Made by a program: the position numbers and the translations under genes
NCBI GenBank assembly: GCA_964016885.1
Contig: OZ024741.1
Span: forward strand, 42,780,001-42,844,000
Length of the DNA stretch: 64,000 nucleotides
Source of the DNA: Eledone cirrhosa
Taxonomy: Eukaryota
Direction of reading: 5' to 3'
Notes under the pieces: model-generated
What the model was told of the DNA's origin: nothing
The model's input: the letters and a program-made list of their open reading frames with translations, nothing else
The model's database searches: none
Shown: positions 27,417-42,000 of the stretch, piece by piece
Position numbering within the stretch: position 1 is the first letter of the stretch
Layout of the letters: each line of letters starts with the position of its first letter

Positions 27417-30400
27417 TTACAGACACTTACTCAGAGTAGGCCCATTCACTCGGGCCATACTTGCCTCTCTCACCCATCTTTCAACAAAATGCTGGGAAGA
27501 GAGCACTTCCCTCTCTATCCTGATTTTCTTTTTCAAATGAAATTTGAAAAAGTTAATCAGGGCATCACCGGAGAGGTAAGTGCTCGTCTTCAGCCCTTTC
27601 AAACGTGTCCACCATACTATCTCTTTCGCCATGGCCACCAGACAGATAAAAACTGCCTGCTTTTCCCGGCTAAAGGAAGAGGGCGGGGCAATCCTTACGA
27701 TGGACTCAGCTGTTAGCTGGATCCGTCCTACACGCGACAGCATATGTTCGACATAAACCCACAAGTCAGCAATGCTCGGACACTGGACGAGTGCGTGCAG
27801 GACGGTTTCGTGGCCCTGCGCGCATCTCGGACATGCCCGGCTGACGGCACCTCCATGCCTGTAGAGTTTATCCCGAACTGGCAAAGCTCCCCGGTAGCAC
27901 TGCTAGGCCAGGGATTTCTGGAAGTTGTCCATAGGCCCCGGCCCGAAAGTTCTTCCGAAGAGATTGGCTAGTTGATATTCGTCGACGCCTAGAGTTTCTC
28001 CAAGTACGTCGTCGCTCTTCCCCTCCACTAATCCTCTATAGTACGCCAAGGTGAAATTTCCACCGATTACATTGCCCGATTAGTCAAGGGCTGTGAGTGC
28101 CTAAAAACATTCCAGTCTCCAAGCGCTCCCTCTCGGTCTTCGATTGACCCAGGACTGCAGCTCCGTCAAGGAGACGAGCTGGGGAAAGACGTGTCTAGCA
28201 AACGGCGACCACACCTGATCACCGTCGAGGAAGAGCTGGAGATTCGTAGCCTGAGCGCGTGTCTGCGCATCATCAGCCACGGCATGCCCCGCCCTCCACG
28301 TAGCGGGTGTTGACAACAGATGGACCGCCTGACTATCGGAGCGCGTCCCTTCCACAAAAAGCGAAAGAGCAAACGCTCCAGTGCAGTCAGGCGGGGATTA
28401 GGTCAAGGTACGACGGTCAGGCGGTAGTAGATGACGGACGCGATGTACGTGTTAGCCACCTCCGCTCGACCTTTCAGGGATAGCTTCCTCTCCGCCCATT
28501 TCTGGGTGAGAGAAGCCACCCTGCTCGTCACCTCGTCCCAGTTTTTGTCCGTCTGGAGGTGCAGACCGAACCAGGCCCCTAGCGATTTAACCGGTCCGTC
28601 CGTCCAGCGCTCGACGATGCTGTTGGACGGCATGGACCTGCCTCTCCAGGTGCCAAGCTGCAGGCCTACTGACTTTTCCTGGTTGATCATTGCTCCTGTC
28701 ACCGCTTCGTATTCTCTTAGTGTAGTGCCGATCGCCTCGATGTGTTTGGCGTTCGACACCACTACGGTGACATCGTCCGCATATGCTGACACGGATCTTC
28801 CGCATCCTAGTTCGCGCGGGATCCCCCTCAATGTATCCAGTTTGTGCAGTAATGGCTCGAGAGTCAATACGTACAATAGGGACGAGAGGGGACATCCTTG
28901 GCGGACCGAGCGCATGATGTTGAACGGTTCCGAAAGGTGACCGTTCATTCTCACCACAGAGCAGATGTCGCTGTGCATGGCAGCGATCCAGCCTCTGAAT
29001 ACGAGCCCAAAGCCAGCCGCCCTCAGGACTGCCGCTAGGTAACGATGGTCGACCCTATCGAATGCTTTCGACTGATCTAAATTTATCAAAGACCCACCCG
29101 TGCCAGGTTCCCTAGCTACCCTCTCTACGATGTATCGCATGAGGTGGAGGTTGTCGTGGATGGATCTGTCGGGAATGGCGCATGTCTGTGCCTCTCCCAC
29201 CAGACCACCAACGACAAGCGCCAACCTCTTTGCTAGCACCTTGGCCAAAATCTTGAACTCTGTGTTTAGCAGAGTTATGGGCCTAAGGTTATGTATGTTA
29301 TCCTCCTTGTCCGGATCCTTTCTCAGCAGCGCCACCGCTCATCGGCTCACAGAGCTGGGAATTATCCCGTTCTGTTGCCAGTTGCAGTAGACGTCCGCCA
29401 AGTGGCCTCCGTACAAGTCTGGCATTTGCACGTAAAGTTCATAGGGCAGAACATCTAAACCAGGCGATTTACCCCTTGTGCAGCCAGTCATTGTCTCCCG
29501 TACTTCAGCGGCTGTTATCGGCTTTTCGCAACACTCCGCCTCAGTGGCCGAGAGGGGCGGCAGTCCGTCGAGGTAGCCACTAAAGTTCATCCCTCGATCC
29601 GGCCCATCGCTGTCCCCGAACAGTTGAGCGAAGTGTCGCTGAAAAGCTTCACACATTTGCCCGGGATCGAGTAGCATGCGCCCGTCGTGGTCCACCAAAG
29701 ACCGGATCGTGGCTTTGTTGCCACGACGCGCCTCCGCCACTCGGGCCCATTGAACGTCTTTCGTCCCCTCGTGTCCGAGAGCACGCACCCTAGCTCTGAC
29801 AACGCAGCCTTCGTGCTTTGCATTGAAGAATTGGTCAAGGGCCAATTTCACCGCAAGTACGTCGGTCACGATGCCTTTGCAAAGCGCCTCGTCTAATTTT
29901 CTAACTAATTGTCCCTCTGCTCTATTTTTTCTCTAATCCTAAAGCCTTACTAAACCTAATGGACTCTATTCTAATTGCTCTTTTCAGAGCAAACCACCAC
30001 TTGTTGTTGACGATGACCCCCGTCAACGCCCGCTCAACTAGTTCGCTAATCCGGTCTCTGTAGGCCTTGCGCGCTGGTAAGGACGCGTTTAGCTTCCAGT
30101 AGCCGGGTCCTCGTCTATGAAGCCTATCTAAGTCAAGCACACAGATCACAAATTTGTGGTCCATGTAGCTGACTATCTTGAATTGTGGACAGCCTATGCT
30201 AGACCTATCTATTTCCCTACAAAATACTCTATCTAGATATGATCTGGATGACCCTATGCCATTTGTCCAAGTCTACATTGGTACATTAGGGAAATCCAAT
30301 CGGTACCTGTCAGACAGTTCAAAACGCCTGGTGAAACTCTTGCACCCTCGTCCCCTATCCCACACAGTCCCAGCGTGCATCTAAGATCCCGTTCCAGTCG

Positions 30401-30590
30401 CCCACTAACACTAAAGGGCGGGACGTTCTAAGAAAGGTATCCAGACGCCGGAAGAAATCAAGCCGCCCTGCTCCTGTCGGGGCATAGCCGGCCAATAACC
30501 TGAAAGCTTGCCCGTCTCCGCTGGTCACGTCCAGCACCACCAACTTACTTTCCCACGCGCATTTATGCTGCCTATTCTGAGTGAGGTCAT
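27417..30590 (-). pseudogene. Tx1 ORF2 (APE-RT-zinc finger), disrupted
   Basis: RPITLLN, DQSKAFDRV, RQGCPLS, YADDV, CPRC..ETVLH...C. Confidence 0.93.
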
Positions 30591-30624
30591 GTTGAAAAGG
30601 AGTGGAAAAGATGGGAAAGACCAC

Positions 30625-32569
30625 TTACCTTACTTCTCGTAGGGGAAGGACGGTTTTTCCATCCTTTTCACTGCTTGTGGCCTCCTCAGAAAGGTTGTCC
30701 TTATAAATCCTCCTGGAGAGTGCTTGTCGGAAGTCTCCGATGTCTTTGGGGAATTTTTGTTTTAGTGTCATGTACGTTTTCTGTGTGATGCGAGTGATTT
30801 GTATGTGTGGAGGTGGTGTGAATTTTTAGGTTGTTGGGTAGTCCTTTTCTGTGATGCTGGTGTTGTGTTGGATGTAGTGTAATAATTGGTTGTTGTTCAA
30901 ATTTAATGCTGTATAGTGTGTACGTTATGGTTGTTTTGTTTTGTTTGCGTTTGTTGTGGGTTTGTTTCTGTTTCGCATTTTGGTGACTTTTGTGGTGTAG
31001 GTGATGGTGGTGTTGGGGTTAATGATGGTGATGGTGTTGGTCTTTGGGTTGATGGGGTTGGTGATGCTGGTGTGGATGGTGGCATATCTGTCCTAACTTT
31101 TTTGTTTCTTAATTTATTTGTTTCCCTCTGTATTTTGTTTTTGGAGGTGGAAGTAAGAGAATTTTTTCTTTTTTGGTTTCTTTTTTTCTTTTTTCCTGAT
31201 ACCGTTTCCCACTCCTCGTCGCCACAATCTGCCTCCATTTGTGATAGGCCGGGGAGTGGAAAATCCTCCACAGGCGTTAGTTTTGCTTGTGGCGTGGTGG
31301 ATGGTGTAGGCGCTGGTGCTAGTTCTGAAGCGTTGGGTGGTGGTGGTGTTGGTTTTGCTGGTGGTGGTGGTGTTGGTTTTGCTACTGTTGCTGGGGTTGT
31401 TATATATTGCTTCTGTTGTTGCTGCTACAGTTGTTGCTGCCATCCCTGCTACTGGTGGTGTTTATTGTTGAGTCACTGGGGCGGGTAGGAGAGGTGGCCT
31501 CAACCTTTTAGCCTGAGGGTAGAAAGCCCTTAGGTGGGTTCCTTCCCCACAAATGACACACCTAGGTCTTCTGCCCTCGACAATTATCGTGAGGTGGCTG
31601 CCGTCAGTGAGGTCTATTACCTCTGGGATCTCCTCAATGCTTTTTTGGTCCGCTTGGATCAGGAGGTCCATCCCAGTTCCGGACCAGTTCTCCTGCTTTT
31701 CTTTTGATATTGCTATTATCTTGGTGTTGGCTTCGATGCCGGCGAGAACGGCCACTATTAGCCAGGGAATTTCGATGGCCGGTGGAACGTGGGTCACCCT
31801 GATCTTCACGAGTCTCTGGCCACAATAGCTTGGGACGAGTGTGAAGTCGTCACTTCTTAATGGGGCCATGGAGTGTTCTCTAGCCTCCTCTGGTGTTTCA
31901 AAGAACACGTCCACGGTTCCATACTTCTGCCCACGTCTGATGTGGGTTTTTCTTGCCCACACATGTCCCAAAGCTTTTTGGATTTGGGACTCGGATGCCC
32001 GTTCCACTCGGCGCGATTTTACATTAATTGGTCGATACGACACGGTGCATAGGCGCCGATGCTCCATTTTATTAGGTGTGTGTGACATTTTCTAATTCCT
32101 CCTGAGTTATCGTAAATGTTTCGCACTGTTTTGCTACTCTGGCAAAACTCAGGGTGATTTTTTTAATGTCATTGTTTATGTTGTTGTTATCGTTATTTTT
32201 GTTATTATTAATTTTACTTTCAGTTGTGGTGGTGGTGACGTCAGTGGTGTTCGGTGTGGAAGAGTCCATTTTGGTTGAAAACATTTCGACATCACGAGTT
32301 GATTTATTTTTTCCTTTTGTTTCTGTTGTCGCGGTCGTGGTGGGGGTGGTGGTTGACGCGGTGGTGGTGGTGGTGGTGGTGGCGGCTTTAACACCTGCAG
32401 TCATTGGTAATGGCGGGAAATGAATGTCTGCCTGAGACAAATTTAAAATATTGCTACTGATTAAATTTTTAGTGTTGGCAACCGTAGTAATATTTACAAT
32501 GGTGGTGTCGGTGTGAGGTGTTAGTTTATGAGGAAGGCTGTCAGCTTCGTGTGGCTGTGAGACTTCCAT
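30625..32569 (-). pseudogene. Tx1 ORF1, disrupted
   Basis: LSFARVAK motif, putative RRM-like region, zinc knuckle CVICGEGTHLRAFY; frameshifts. Confidence 0.85.
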
Positions 32570-32779
32570 GTTTTTTTTCAAAGAAATTTTTTGATAATTA
32601 TAAATGTTTAAATTTTGGGCACAAGGCCCCAATCTTTTTGGGTGTCCTTTTCGGAAAACAATGTATGTGCGCTTATAAACAGTTAACAACAAAATTTTCC
32701 ATAAATGGCAATTTTTAACAAACGGAAATAACAAACCTTTGCGAAGCTCACGATGATACGATTTACTACGTAGGTCGCC

Positions 32780-32843
<64 letters not shown>

Positions 32844-32844
<1 letters not shown>

Positions 32845-34290
32845 GGAGGAACCACCCGAAGCAGACAATGATCTGAATGCTGAAATAAATAATTGTTTTT
32901 AGTTTTGGCACAAGGCCAGCAATTATTCCAGTATATTATTGGTACTTTATTTTATCGACCCCGTAATAAATAATACCTGGAACAAAGATACGGCCATTGA
33001 GGAGATGAATGCTGACGGGCTATGACAAGATTTGGTTGATATCCTAAACTTAGCGGTAGATGAATTGAACAATGATAGTGGGAAACCTATGAACCTAAGA
33101 TTTGTAGACAGGAAAAAGTTAAAAGAAACAACAGCTAAGGTAAACAAAGTCATCCCATACCTTGAGGCGAGGAGCCTTCACCAGTGCAACAATATCCTCA
33201 AAGCAACAGCAAATGAGGTGAGGAAATTACATAGCATAAAAGCGAGAGGAAACAACAAGCAAGAAAGATCAGAACCTTGTGGGAAGAAACGACTGAATGG
33301 TCAAATCAGGGAAATGAGAAATGACATTGGAAATCTTGAGTCCCTACTGAATGGGACACTAAAAAACATAGACACTAAAAATAGACTGGAAATAAAGTAC
33401 AACACTAGGAGTAAAAAGCTAAATATTATCATTGAGCAACTGAAGCAACGCATTGTAGCAAAGAGTGCACAAATTAGGCGATACGAGAGCAGAGTCAGTC
33501 AGTATAGACAGAACCGCATGTTTGACAACAACCAGAAGATGCTGTTTGGACAGTTTGAAGGGAAAGAAAGAGGCAACGACTTGATCCCTGAGGCGGAGCA
33601 AACTAAGACATTCTGGAGAGGAATATGGGAGCAGGATGTTAAACATAATGACCAAGCAGTGTGGATTGAGACAGTACAAAAGGAGATTAGTGAACAGGCA
33701 CACCAACAGACTGATTTGAGTATCACAGTTGAAACTCTTAAGGGGCAGGCCAAAAAGCTCACCAACTGGAAATCACCAGGCCCAGATGGTGTGCAGGGGT
33801 ATTAGATTAAAAATATAACATCCCTCCACTCGAAACTGACAACCATGTTCAATGACTGCTTGATGTCAGGTGAGGTACCAGAGTGGTTGACAAAAGGTAC
33901 CACAGTTCTGGTAATGAAAGACCGAATCAAGGGTAATGATGTTACCAACTATAGACCTATCACATGTCTGTCCGTCATGTGGAAACTGTTGACAAGCATT
34001 ATGTCTGAGGAAATCTACCATCACCTCCAAATAAACAACTTGTTACCGGACGAACAGAAAGGATGCCGAAAGAAGTCCCGTGGTACAAAGGACCAGTTAC
34101 TTATTGATAAGATGGTAATGAGGAATTACAAGAGGAGACACACTGGTCTTGCCATGGGATGGATAGACTACAAAAAGGCATTTGACAAGGTGTCTTATTC
34201 TTGGATCACCAAAAGCCTGGAGATCTTCAAGGTGGCAGATAACATCAGACAGTTGTTGGGAAAAAGTATGAAGTCCTGGAAAACAGAGTC
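32844..34290 (+). mobile_element. R4/Dong-clade element, family A, pre-RT and N-terminal RT part
   Basis: KSPGPDGVQGY, PEWL.KG.T, NYRPITCL, EQKGC, DQLLID, WIDYKKAFD; starts after (AAT)n. Confidence 0.88.
32894..32964 (-). mobile_element. 5'-truncated Nin-like SINE nested in Dong
   Basis: 10-bp TSD AATAAATAAT at 32884-32893 and 32965-32974. Confidence 0.8.
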
Positions 34291-36706
34291 AAGGGAAGAT
34301 AATAAAGAAGTCCTTGAGGCTTTCTACACTGCCATGTACTACCCATCAAATACATCCAATACAGAACAGACATATATCAACTGGAAAAAGAAACATCCCG
34401 AAAACAGAGGCTATATTGACAGCAACAAACTAGACAATATACGAAGAAATATTGTAAAAAAAAAGTTACTAACTGATATAGAAATTGATCAGATCAAGCT
34501 ATTAGCACAAAGTCAGCGAAGGGAAAATGAAACATGTGTCAGTGAAAACGAGGTAAATTGTAACACTTCGAATCCCAGGGTTGGGGCGGAATCACTGGCA
34601 ACAGAACAAATTAAAGAAAGGATCGAAAAAGTGGAGGGAGTGCATGCTCAGGATGAAACTCCAAATGAAAATAACGAGATCGTAAATGATAAAGAAATGA
34701 ATGAGAATGAACTTGCCACCTTGAAGGATGAAATTATGATCGAATGGATGAAAATGAAAGAATCTGACATGGGGCAACGAGACACCCTCCCTAAGATCCA
34801 GAAATCCAAACAGAACCAAAATATAATACACAAGACTAACATAATTCTCAAAAACATTATCATCACAAACAAACTAAACATAACTGATTTAAATCATCTC
34901 TATTATGCATCGGCTAAAGTCACCACTCACTTATGTGGAGTGAAGATGAAAAAACAAAGGAATTCCCACAAGAAATCTACTTGGCAAGAGAACATCAATC
35001 GCCAAATAAACCTTCTCCGATCTGACATATAAATTTTAACAAACTATAAAGTAGGTGAACATGTTAAACAAACTAAACTTAGAAAATTGAAAAAAAAGTA
35101 CAGTATAAAATCAACAAGTGACATAGACATGCTGATAGAAATAATCAAACAAAAAGTGTCGGCCAAAGCTGCTCGTATAAGGCGCTTTGAAAAACGATCT
35201 AGATTCTATAGGGACAATAATATGTTCAAAACCAACCAAAGAAACTTCTACAGAAAAATTGGTAAGTCAACAATAACTGCTAAATCAATACCACCCAAGG
35301 AGGAAGTGCAAGAATTGTGGGAAAAGATCTGGGCCGAAGAAAAAGTTCATAACATACATGCCCCATGGATAGACAGACAAATGAAAGATACAGCTCACCT
35401 TGAGGAACAAATATGGGAAAATATAACAGTTGAACAGTTGCGCTTGGCTCTAAGAAAAACCAGCAAATGGAAATCCCCAGGAAAAGACAAAATAAAAAAC
35501 TTTTGGATAAATGCCTTCACAGAATCTCATGAGCTGTTAGCCCAACTTTACAATGAAATAGTTAAGGAGCCAGAAAAGATACCATCATGGCTAGTTAACG
35601 GCATTACATTCCTGCTTCCGAAGAATGATGAGACAAACAATCCCAAAAATTACAGACCGATAACTTGCTTGACCACAATGTATAAAATTTTAACATCAGT
35701 CCTAACTGAATACACATATGACCACCTAATAACAAATGACCTATTTCCCATTGAGCAGAAAGGGTGTAAACGAGGCTCATATGGCTGTAAGGATCAGCTT
35801 CTGGTTAACAAAATGATACTGGAAGATTGTCATAATAGACACAAAAATATATCGATTGCTTGGATAGATTATAAAAAAGCATTCGATAATTTGCCACACA
35901 GTTGGATTGAAAAATGTTTAGAGATTTTCAAAATATCCCCCGTTGTCAGGAGGCTTTTGTCATTCAGTATGAAGACATGGAAAATGACACTCCTTTTGAA
36001 TAGTGAAACAAAATCACTGGAAGCTGGAGAAGTTAATATTAATTGTTGAATTTTTCAGGGTGACTCTTTATCACCGCTTTTATTCTGCATCGCACTTATA
36101 CCATTAAGTAAAATGCTCAATGAAACAAAACATGGATATAAAGTCTATGACAAAACCATTAATCACTTGTTCTACATGGATGACCTGAAACTATTTGCAA
36201 AAAATGATGAACAATTGCAAGGGCTATTATCCACTGTGGAGCAGTTCAGTGATCATCTCAATCTTGTGGAACTTTAGCATCCAAACAGACCGAAAAATAG
36301 ATGCAAATAGACCTGATATAATATTGAAGGACTTTAAAAACATTTGAAAAATTGAGCAAGTATAAGGACCTGGAGATAGAAATTGGAAAAATGTGGAAAT
36401 TGAGAACTAAAACAATACCAGTGGTTGTAGGCGCTCTGGGAATGATACCTAGGGGGTCTAATGATTACTTATCGCAAATCCCAGGAAACTCGCGTATAGG
36501 AGAAATACAAAAGATAGTACTAATGGGAACTGCCCATATACTAAGGAAGATTCTGTCAATATAAGTACATCACAAGTCTAAACACTAAAGATGCATGTGT
36601 GAGTATTATGTTCTTTCTTGTACATGGCGGACCTTGTTGTCTCTTGAGGTCACTGGTTGTGACTTGGTGATAACTCGTATGAACATAAAGCAAGATAAAT
36701 GCAACT

Positions 36707-36708
<2 letters not shown>
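34291..36708 (+). mobile_element. R4/Dong-clade element, family B, degenerate
   Basis: N-terminal domain; RT (NYRPITCL, IDYKKAFD, QGDSLSP, YMDD); deletion near 36253; RLE (NRPDII, KYKDL, PVVVGALG); different 3' UTR; (TAA)n tail. Confidence 0.9.
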
Positions 36709-36761
<53 letters not shown>

Positions 36762-36763
<2 letters not shown>

Positions 36764-37400
36764 TGGAGAGAGAGAGGAGACTGTGGCTCACATTGTGTCC
36801 GAGTGTAAACACCTAGCCCAGACCCACTATAAGGGCTGGAGACACGATGTGATGGGCAGGGTGATCCACTGGCACCTGTGCAAAGTAAACAATCTACCAC
36901 ATTCTGAGAAATGGTATGAGCATAGGCCAGAGGCGGTGATGGAGAACAGTCAGGTGAAGGTGCTGTGGGATTTTAGGATACAGACGGACAAAAAACTGGA
37001 ACATAATAGACCTGACCTGGTGGTTGTGGACAAAGAAAAAAGATCGTGCCTGATTGTGGATGTGGCCTGCCCGTTCGACACGAGAGTGCAAGAGAAGGAG
37101 AGGGAGAAAATTAACCGATACCAGGACCTAAAGTGGGAGGTGAAAAGGATTTGGAACTGCCATGAAGTCAAAGTGATCCCGATTGTCATAGGCGCACTGG
37201 GGACTATCTCCAAAGGTTTCCAGGGATGGTTAAAGAAAATCGGCCCCTTCACGCTTTTTGGAACGCTTCAAAAGGCATGCTTGCTTAGAACAGCAAGAAC
37301 CCTCCGTTACGTCCTGAATATCTGAGGCTGCAGGTAGTGGCTTGATATTCAATCCAACGGACTTTCCAGTTAACCAACATCAATGACTGAGATTCAAGGA
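36762..37400 (+). mobile_element. R4/Dong family A 3' fragment (zinc motif + RLE)
   Basis: CGEREETVAHIVSEC, RHD, RPDLVV, DVACPFD, EKINRYQDL; (AAT)n on both sides. Confidence 0.92.
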
Positions 37401-37426
37401 ATAACAATAACAATAATAATAATAAT

Positions 37427-38783
37427 GGGATGGATAGACTACAAAAAGGCATTTGACGTGGTGCCTCATTCTTGGATCACCAAAATCCTGGAGATCTTCA
37501 AGGTGGCAGATAACATCAGACAGTTGTTGGGGTAAAGTATGAAGTCCTGGGAAACAGAGTTAACATCAACTGGAGAATCCTTGGGAAGCATGAGGATCAA
37601 GAGAGGTATCTTCCTGGTAGATAGTCTGTCCCCTCTGTTGTTTGTCCTTGCCCTGATGCCCCTGACCAGTGTACTGCGGAAAGTGAGAGCAGGATACAGG
37701 TTGGGAAAGGGAGGGCTTGCCATCAATCACCTCCTCTTCATGGACGATCTAAAGCTCTTCGGGAAGAGTGAGAAGGAGTTGGATGTGCTTGTTGACACTG
37801 TCCGTATTTTCAGCAATGATATATGTATGCAATTTGGTATTAGTAAGTGTGGAGTAATTGTGATTAGGAGGGGTAAGTTGAGCAGAAGTAACGGAATCCA
37901 GATACCAACAGGTGGAATGATAAAGTAAATTGACTCTGAGGAAGGATACAAGTATTTGGGCGTTCTGGAGGCTGACGACATCAAAAACAAAAAAATGTAG
38001 GAATTGATAAGAACTGAATACCTTCGGAGAGTAAGGAGCGTATTAAAATCACATCTGAACAGTAGGAATGCCATAAGTGCAGTAAATTCCCGAGCTGTGT
38101 CTATTATTAGGTACAGTGCGGGAATTCTGAGATGGAATGTTGCTGAACAAAAAGAAATGGATAGGAAGACTGGGAAGCTATTGACTATCTACAATATGTT
38201 TCACAAGAGGAGTGATGTCGATAGACTCTACTTAAGGAGATCTGAAGGTGGAAGAGGTCTTATCAGCATAGAGGACTGTGTTCAGATGGAGAAAAACAAC
38301 CTATACAAATACGTGACTGATAGTAAGGAGCCAATGCTCAGAACTGTACTGAAGGAGGGGACAATTGGCCAGGGGATGTCCAAGGAGGAAATAACATCAA
38401 GGAGAAAGAGCAGCCTTCAGGAAAAATCCCTTCATAGTACCTTCTTTGAGAAAACTGAATTTAGAGATCCACAGACATGGAACTGGTTGAAAAGAGGAGA
38501 CCCCAGGACTTAAAGTGGGAGGTAAAAAGGATTTGGAACTGCCATGAAGTCAAAGTGATCTCGATTGTCATAGGCGCACTAGGGACTATCTCCAAAAGTT
38601 TCCAGGGATGGTTAAAGAAAATTGGCCCCTTCACGCTTTTTGGAACGCTTCAAAAGGCATGCTTGCTGGGAACAGCAAGAACCCTCCGTTACGTCCTGAA
38701 TATCTGAGGCTGCAGGTAGTGGCTTGATATTCATTTCAACAAACTTTCCAGTTAACTAACATCAATGACTGAGACTCAAAGAG
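37427..38783 (+). mobile_element. R4/Dong family A 5'-truncated copy (RT C-half + RLE end)
   Basis: DSLSPLLF, HLLFMDD, YKYLG, RLYL.R.EGGRGL; deletion near 38503; (TAA)n tail. Confidence 0.9.
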
Positions 38784-38790
38784 TAATAAC

Positions 38791-38836
<46 letters not shown>

Positions 38837-39070
38837 TTTTCTTTATTAACCACAAGGGTTTACATAAAGTAGACATTAAGGACAGTACAGGACAATACAG
38901 GACGGTACAGATCGGCATTTCTGCGTGTAAAAAAAACAGAGGATGAAATAAAATAACAAAGAAAAATTCCCCAATAGGGGGGAGACTTCCGAGCGACATT
39001 TGTGGAGAAAGCCCATTAAAAGACCACAGTGGCCCTGACCACCAGGGCAAGTGCCCTCTCCCAGTTTTCC

Positions 39071-42000
39071 ACCTTTAATTTACAGACACATACTCAGAGA
39101 AGGCCCATTCATTCGGGCCATACTTGCTTCTCTCACTCATCTTTCAACAAAATGCTGGGAAAAGAGCACTTCCCTCTCTACCCTGATTTTCCTTTTCAGA
39201 TGAAATTTGAAAAAGTTAATCAGGGCATCACCGAAGAGGTAAGTGCTCGTCTTCAGCCCTTTCAAACGTGTCCACCATACTATTTCTTTCGCCATGGCCA
39301 CCAGACAGATAAAAACTGCCTGCCCTTCCCGGCTAAAGGAAGAGGGCGGGCAATCCTCACGATGGACTCAGCTGATAGCTGGATTCGTCCTACACGTGAC
39401 ATCAGGTGTTCGACATAAACCCACAAGTCAGCAATGCTCGGACACTGGACGAGTGCGTGCAGGACGGTTTCGTCGCCCTGTGCGCATCTCGGACATGCCC
39501 GGCTGACGGCACCTCCATGCCTGTAAAGTTTATCCCGAACTGGCAAAGCACCCCGGTAGCACTGCCAGGCCAGGGATTTCTGGAAGTTGTCCATAGGCCC
39601 CGGCCCGAAAGTCCTTCCGAAGAGATTGGCTAGTTGATTTTCGTCGACGCCTAGAGTTTCTCCAAGTACGTCGTCGCTCTTCCCCTCCACTAATCCCCTA
39701 TAGAAACGCCAAGGTGGAGTTTCCACCGATCACATTGCCCGATTGGTCTAAGGCTGTGAGCGCCTGAAGACATTCCAGTCTCCAAGCGCTCCCTCTCGGT
39801 CTTCGCTTGACCCAGGACTGCAGCTCCGCCAAGGAGACGAGCTGGGGAAAAACGTGTCTAGCAAACGGCGACCACACCTGATCACGGGTAGCGGGTGTTG
39901 ACAGCAGATAGACCGCCTGACCATCGGAGCGCGTCCCTTCCACAAGAAGCGAAAGAGCAAACGCTCCAGCGCAGTCAGGCGGGGCTTAGGACAAGGTACG
40001 ACGGTCAGGCGGTAGTAGATGACGGACGCGATGTACGCGTTAACCACCTCCGCTCGACCTTTCAGGGATAGCTTCCTCTCGGCCCATTTCTGGGTGAGAG
40101 AAGCAACCCTGCTCGTCACCTCGTCCCAGTTTTTGTCCGTCTGGAGGTCTGGACCGAACCAGACCCCGAGCAATTTAACCGGTCCGTCCGTCCAGCGCCC
40201 GACGACGCTGTTGGACGGCATTAACCTGCCTCTCCAGGTGCCGAGCTGCAGGCCTACTGACTTTTCCTGGTTGATAATTGCTCCTGTCACCGCTTCGTAT
40301 TCTCTTAGTGTAGTGCCGATCGCCTCGATGTGTTTGGCGTTCGACACCACTACGGTGACATCGTCCGCATATGCTGACACGGATCTTCCGCATACTAGTT
40401 CGCGTGGGACCCCCCTCAACGTTTCCAGTTTGTGCAGTAATGGCTCGAGAGTCAATACGTACAATAGGGACGAGAGGGGACATCCTTGGCGGACCGAGCG
40501 CATGATGTTGAACGGTTCCGAAAGGTGACCGTTCACTCTCACTACAGAGCAGATGTCGCTGTGCATGGCAGCGATCCAGCCTCTGAAGACGGGCCCAAAG
40601 CCAGCCGCCCTCAGGACTGCCGCTAGGTAACGATGGTCGACCCTATCGAAGGCTTTCGACTGATCTAAATTGATCAAAGACCCACCCGTGCCAGGTTCCC
40701 TAGCTACCCTCTCTACGATGTATCGCATGAGGTGGAGGTTGTCGTGGATGGATCTGTCGGGAATGGCGCATGTCTGTGCCTCTCCCACCAGACCACCAAC
40801 GACAAGCGCCAACCTCTTTGCTAGCACCTTGGCCAAAATCTCGAACTCTGTGTTTACCAGTTATGGGCCTAAAATTATCTATATTATCCCCCTTGTTCGG
40901 ATCCTTTCTCAGCAGCGCCACCGCTCCTCGGCTCACAGAGCTGGGAATTCTCCCGTTCTGTTGCCAGTTGCAGTAGACGTACGCCAAGAAGACTCCGAAC
41001 AAATCTGGCATTTGTACGTAAAGTTTATAGGGTAGACCATTCAAACCAGGCGATTTACCCTTTGTGCAACTAGTCATTGCATCCCGTACTTCAGCGGTTG
41101 TTATCGGCTTTTCGCAACACTCCGCCTCGGTGGCCGAAAGCTGCGGCAGTCCGTCGAGGTAGACACTAAAGTCCATCCCTCGATCCGGCCCGCCACTGCC
41201 CCCGAACAGTTGAGCGAAGTGTCGCTGAAAAGCTTCACACATTTGCCCGGGATCGAGTAGCATGCGCCCGTCGTGGTCCACCAAAGACCGGATCGTGGCT
41301 TTGTTCCCACGACGCGCCTCCGCCAATCGGGCCCATTGAACGGCTTTCGTCCACTCGTATCTGAGAGCACGCACCCTAGCTCTGACAACGCAGCCTTCGT
41401 GCTTTGCATTGAAGAATTGGTCAAGGGCCAATTTCGCCGCAAGTACATCGGTCGCGATGCCTTTGCTAAACGCCTCATCTAATTTTCTAACTAATTCTCC
41501 CTCTGCTCTATTTTTTCTCTAATCCTAAAGTCTTACTAAACCTAATGGACTCTATTCTAATTACTCTTTTCAGAGCAAACCACCACTTGTTGTTGACGAT
41601 GGCCCCCGTCAACGCCCGCTTAACTAGTTCGCTAATCCGGTCTCTGTAGGCCTTGCGCGCTGGTAAGGACGCGTTTAGCTTCCAGTAGCCGGGTCCTCGT
41701 CTATGAAGCCTATCTAAGTCAAGCACACAGATCACGAATTTGTGGTCCGTGTGGCTGACTATCTTGAATTGTGGACAGCCTATGCTAGACCTATCTATCT
41801 CCCTACAAAATACTCTATCTAGATATGATCTGGATGACCCTATGCGATTTGTCCAAGTCCACATAGGTACATTCGGGAAATCCAATCGGTACCTGTCAGA
41901 CAGTTCAAAACGTCTGAGCAGGTTGGTGAGACTCTTGCACCCTCCTTCCCTATCCACTAATCCCACACAATCCCAGCGTGCATCTAAGAGCCCACTAACA

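Larger units (their letters stand above)
27173..32779 (-). mobile_element. Near full-length Tx1 LINE, degenerate
   Basis: 5' end GGCGACCTACGTAG, ORF1, ORF2 and 3' UTR; both ends abut (ATT)n; internal APE deletion near 30553. Confidence 0.95.

Noticed and set aside
28431-28940. 169-aa antisense ORF repeated at 40019-40528
   Set aside because: It is the mirror frame of a GC-rich RT region in two close paralogues; no independent evidence of function.
26600-38900. Segmental duplication explaining the repeated Dong-(AAT)n-Tx1 junction
   Set aside because: The two Dong fragments differ in truncation and deletions and look more divergent than the two Tx1 copies, so independent insertions fit better; duplication is not formally excluded.
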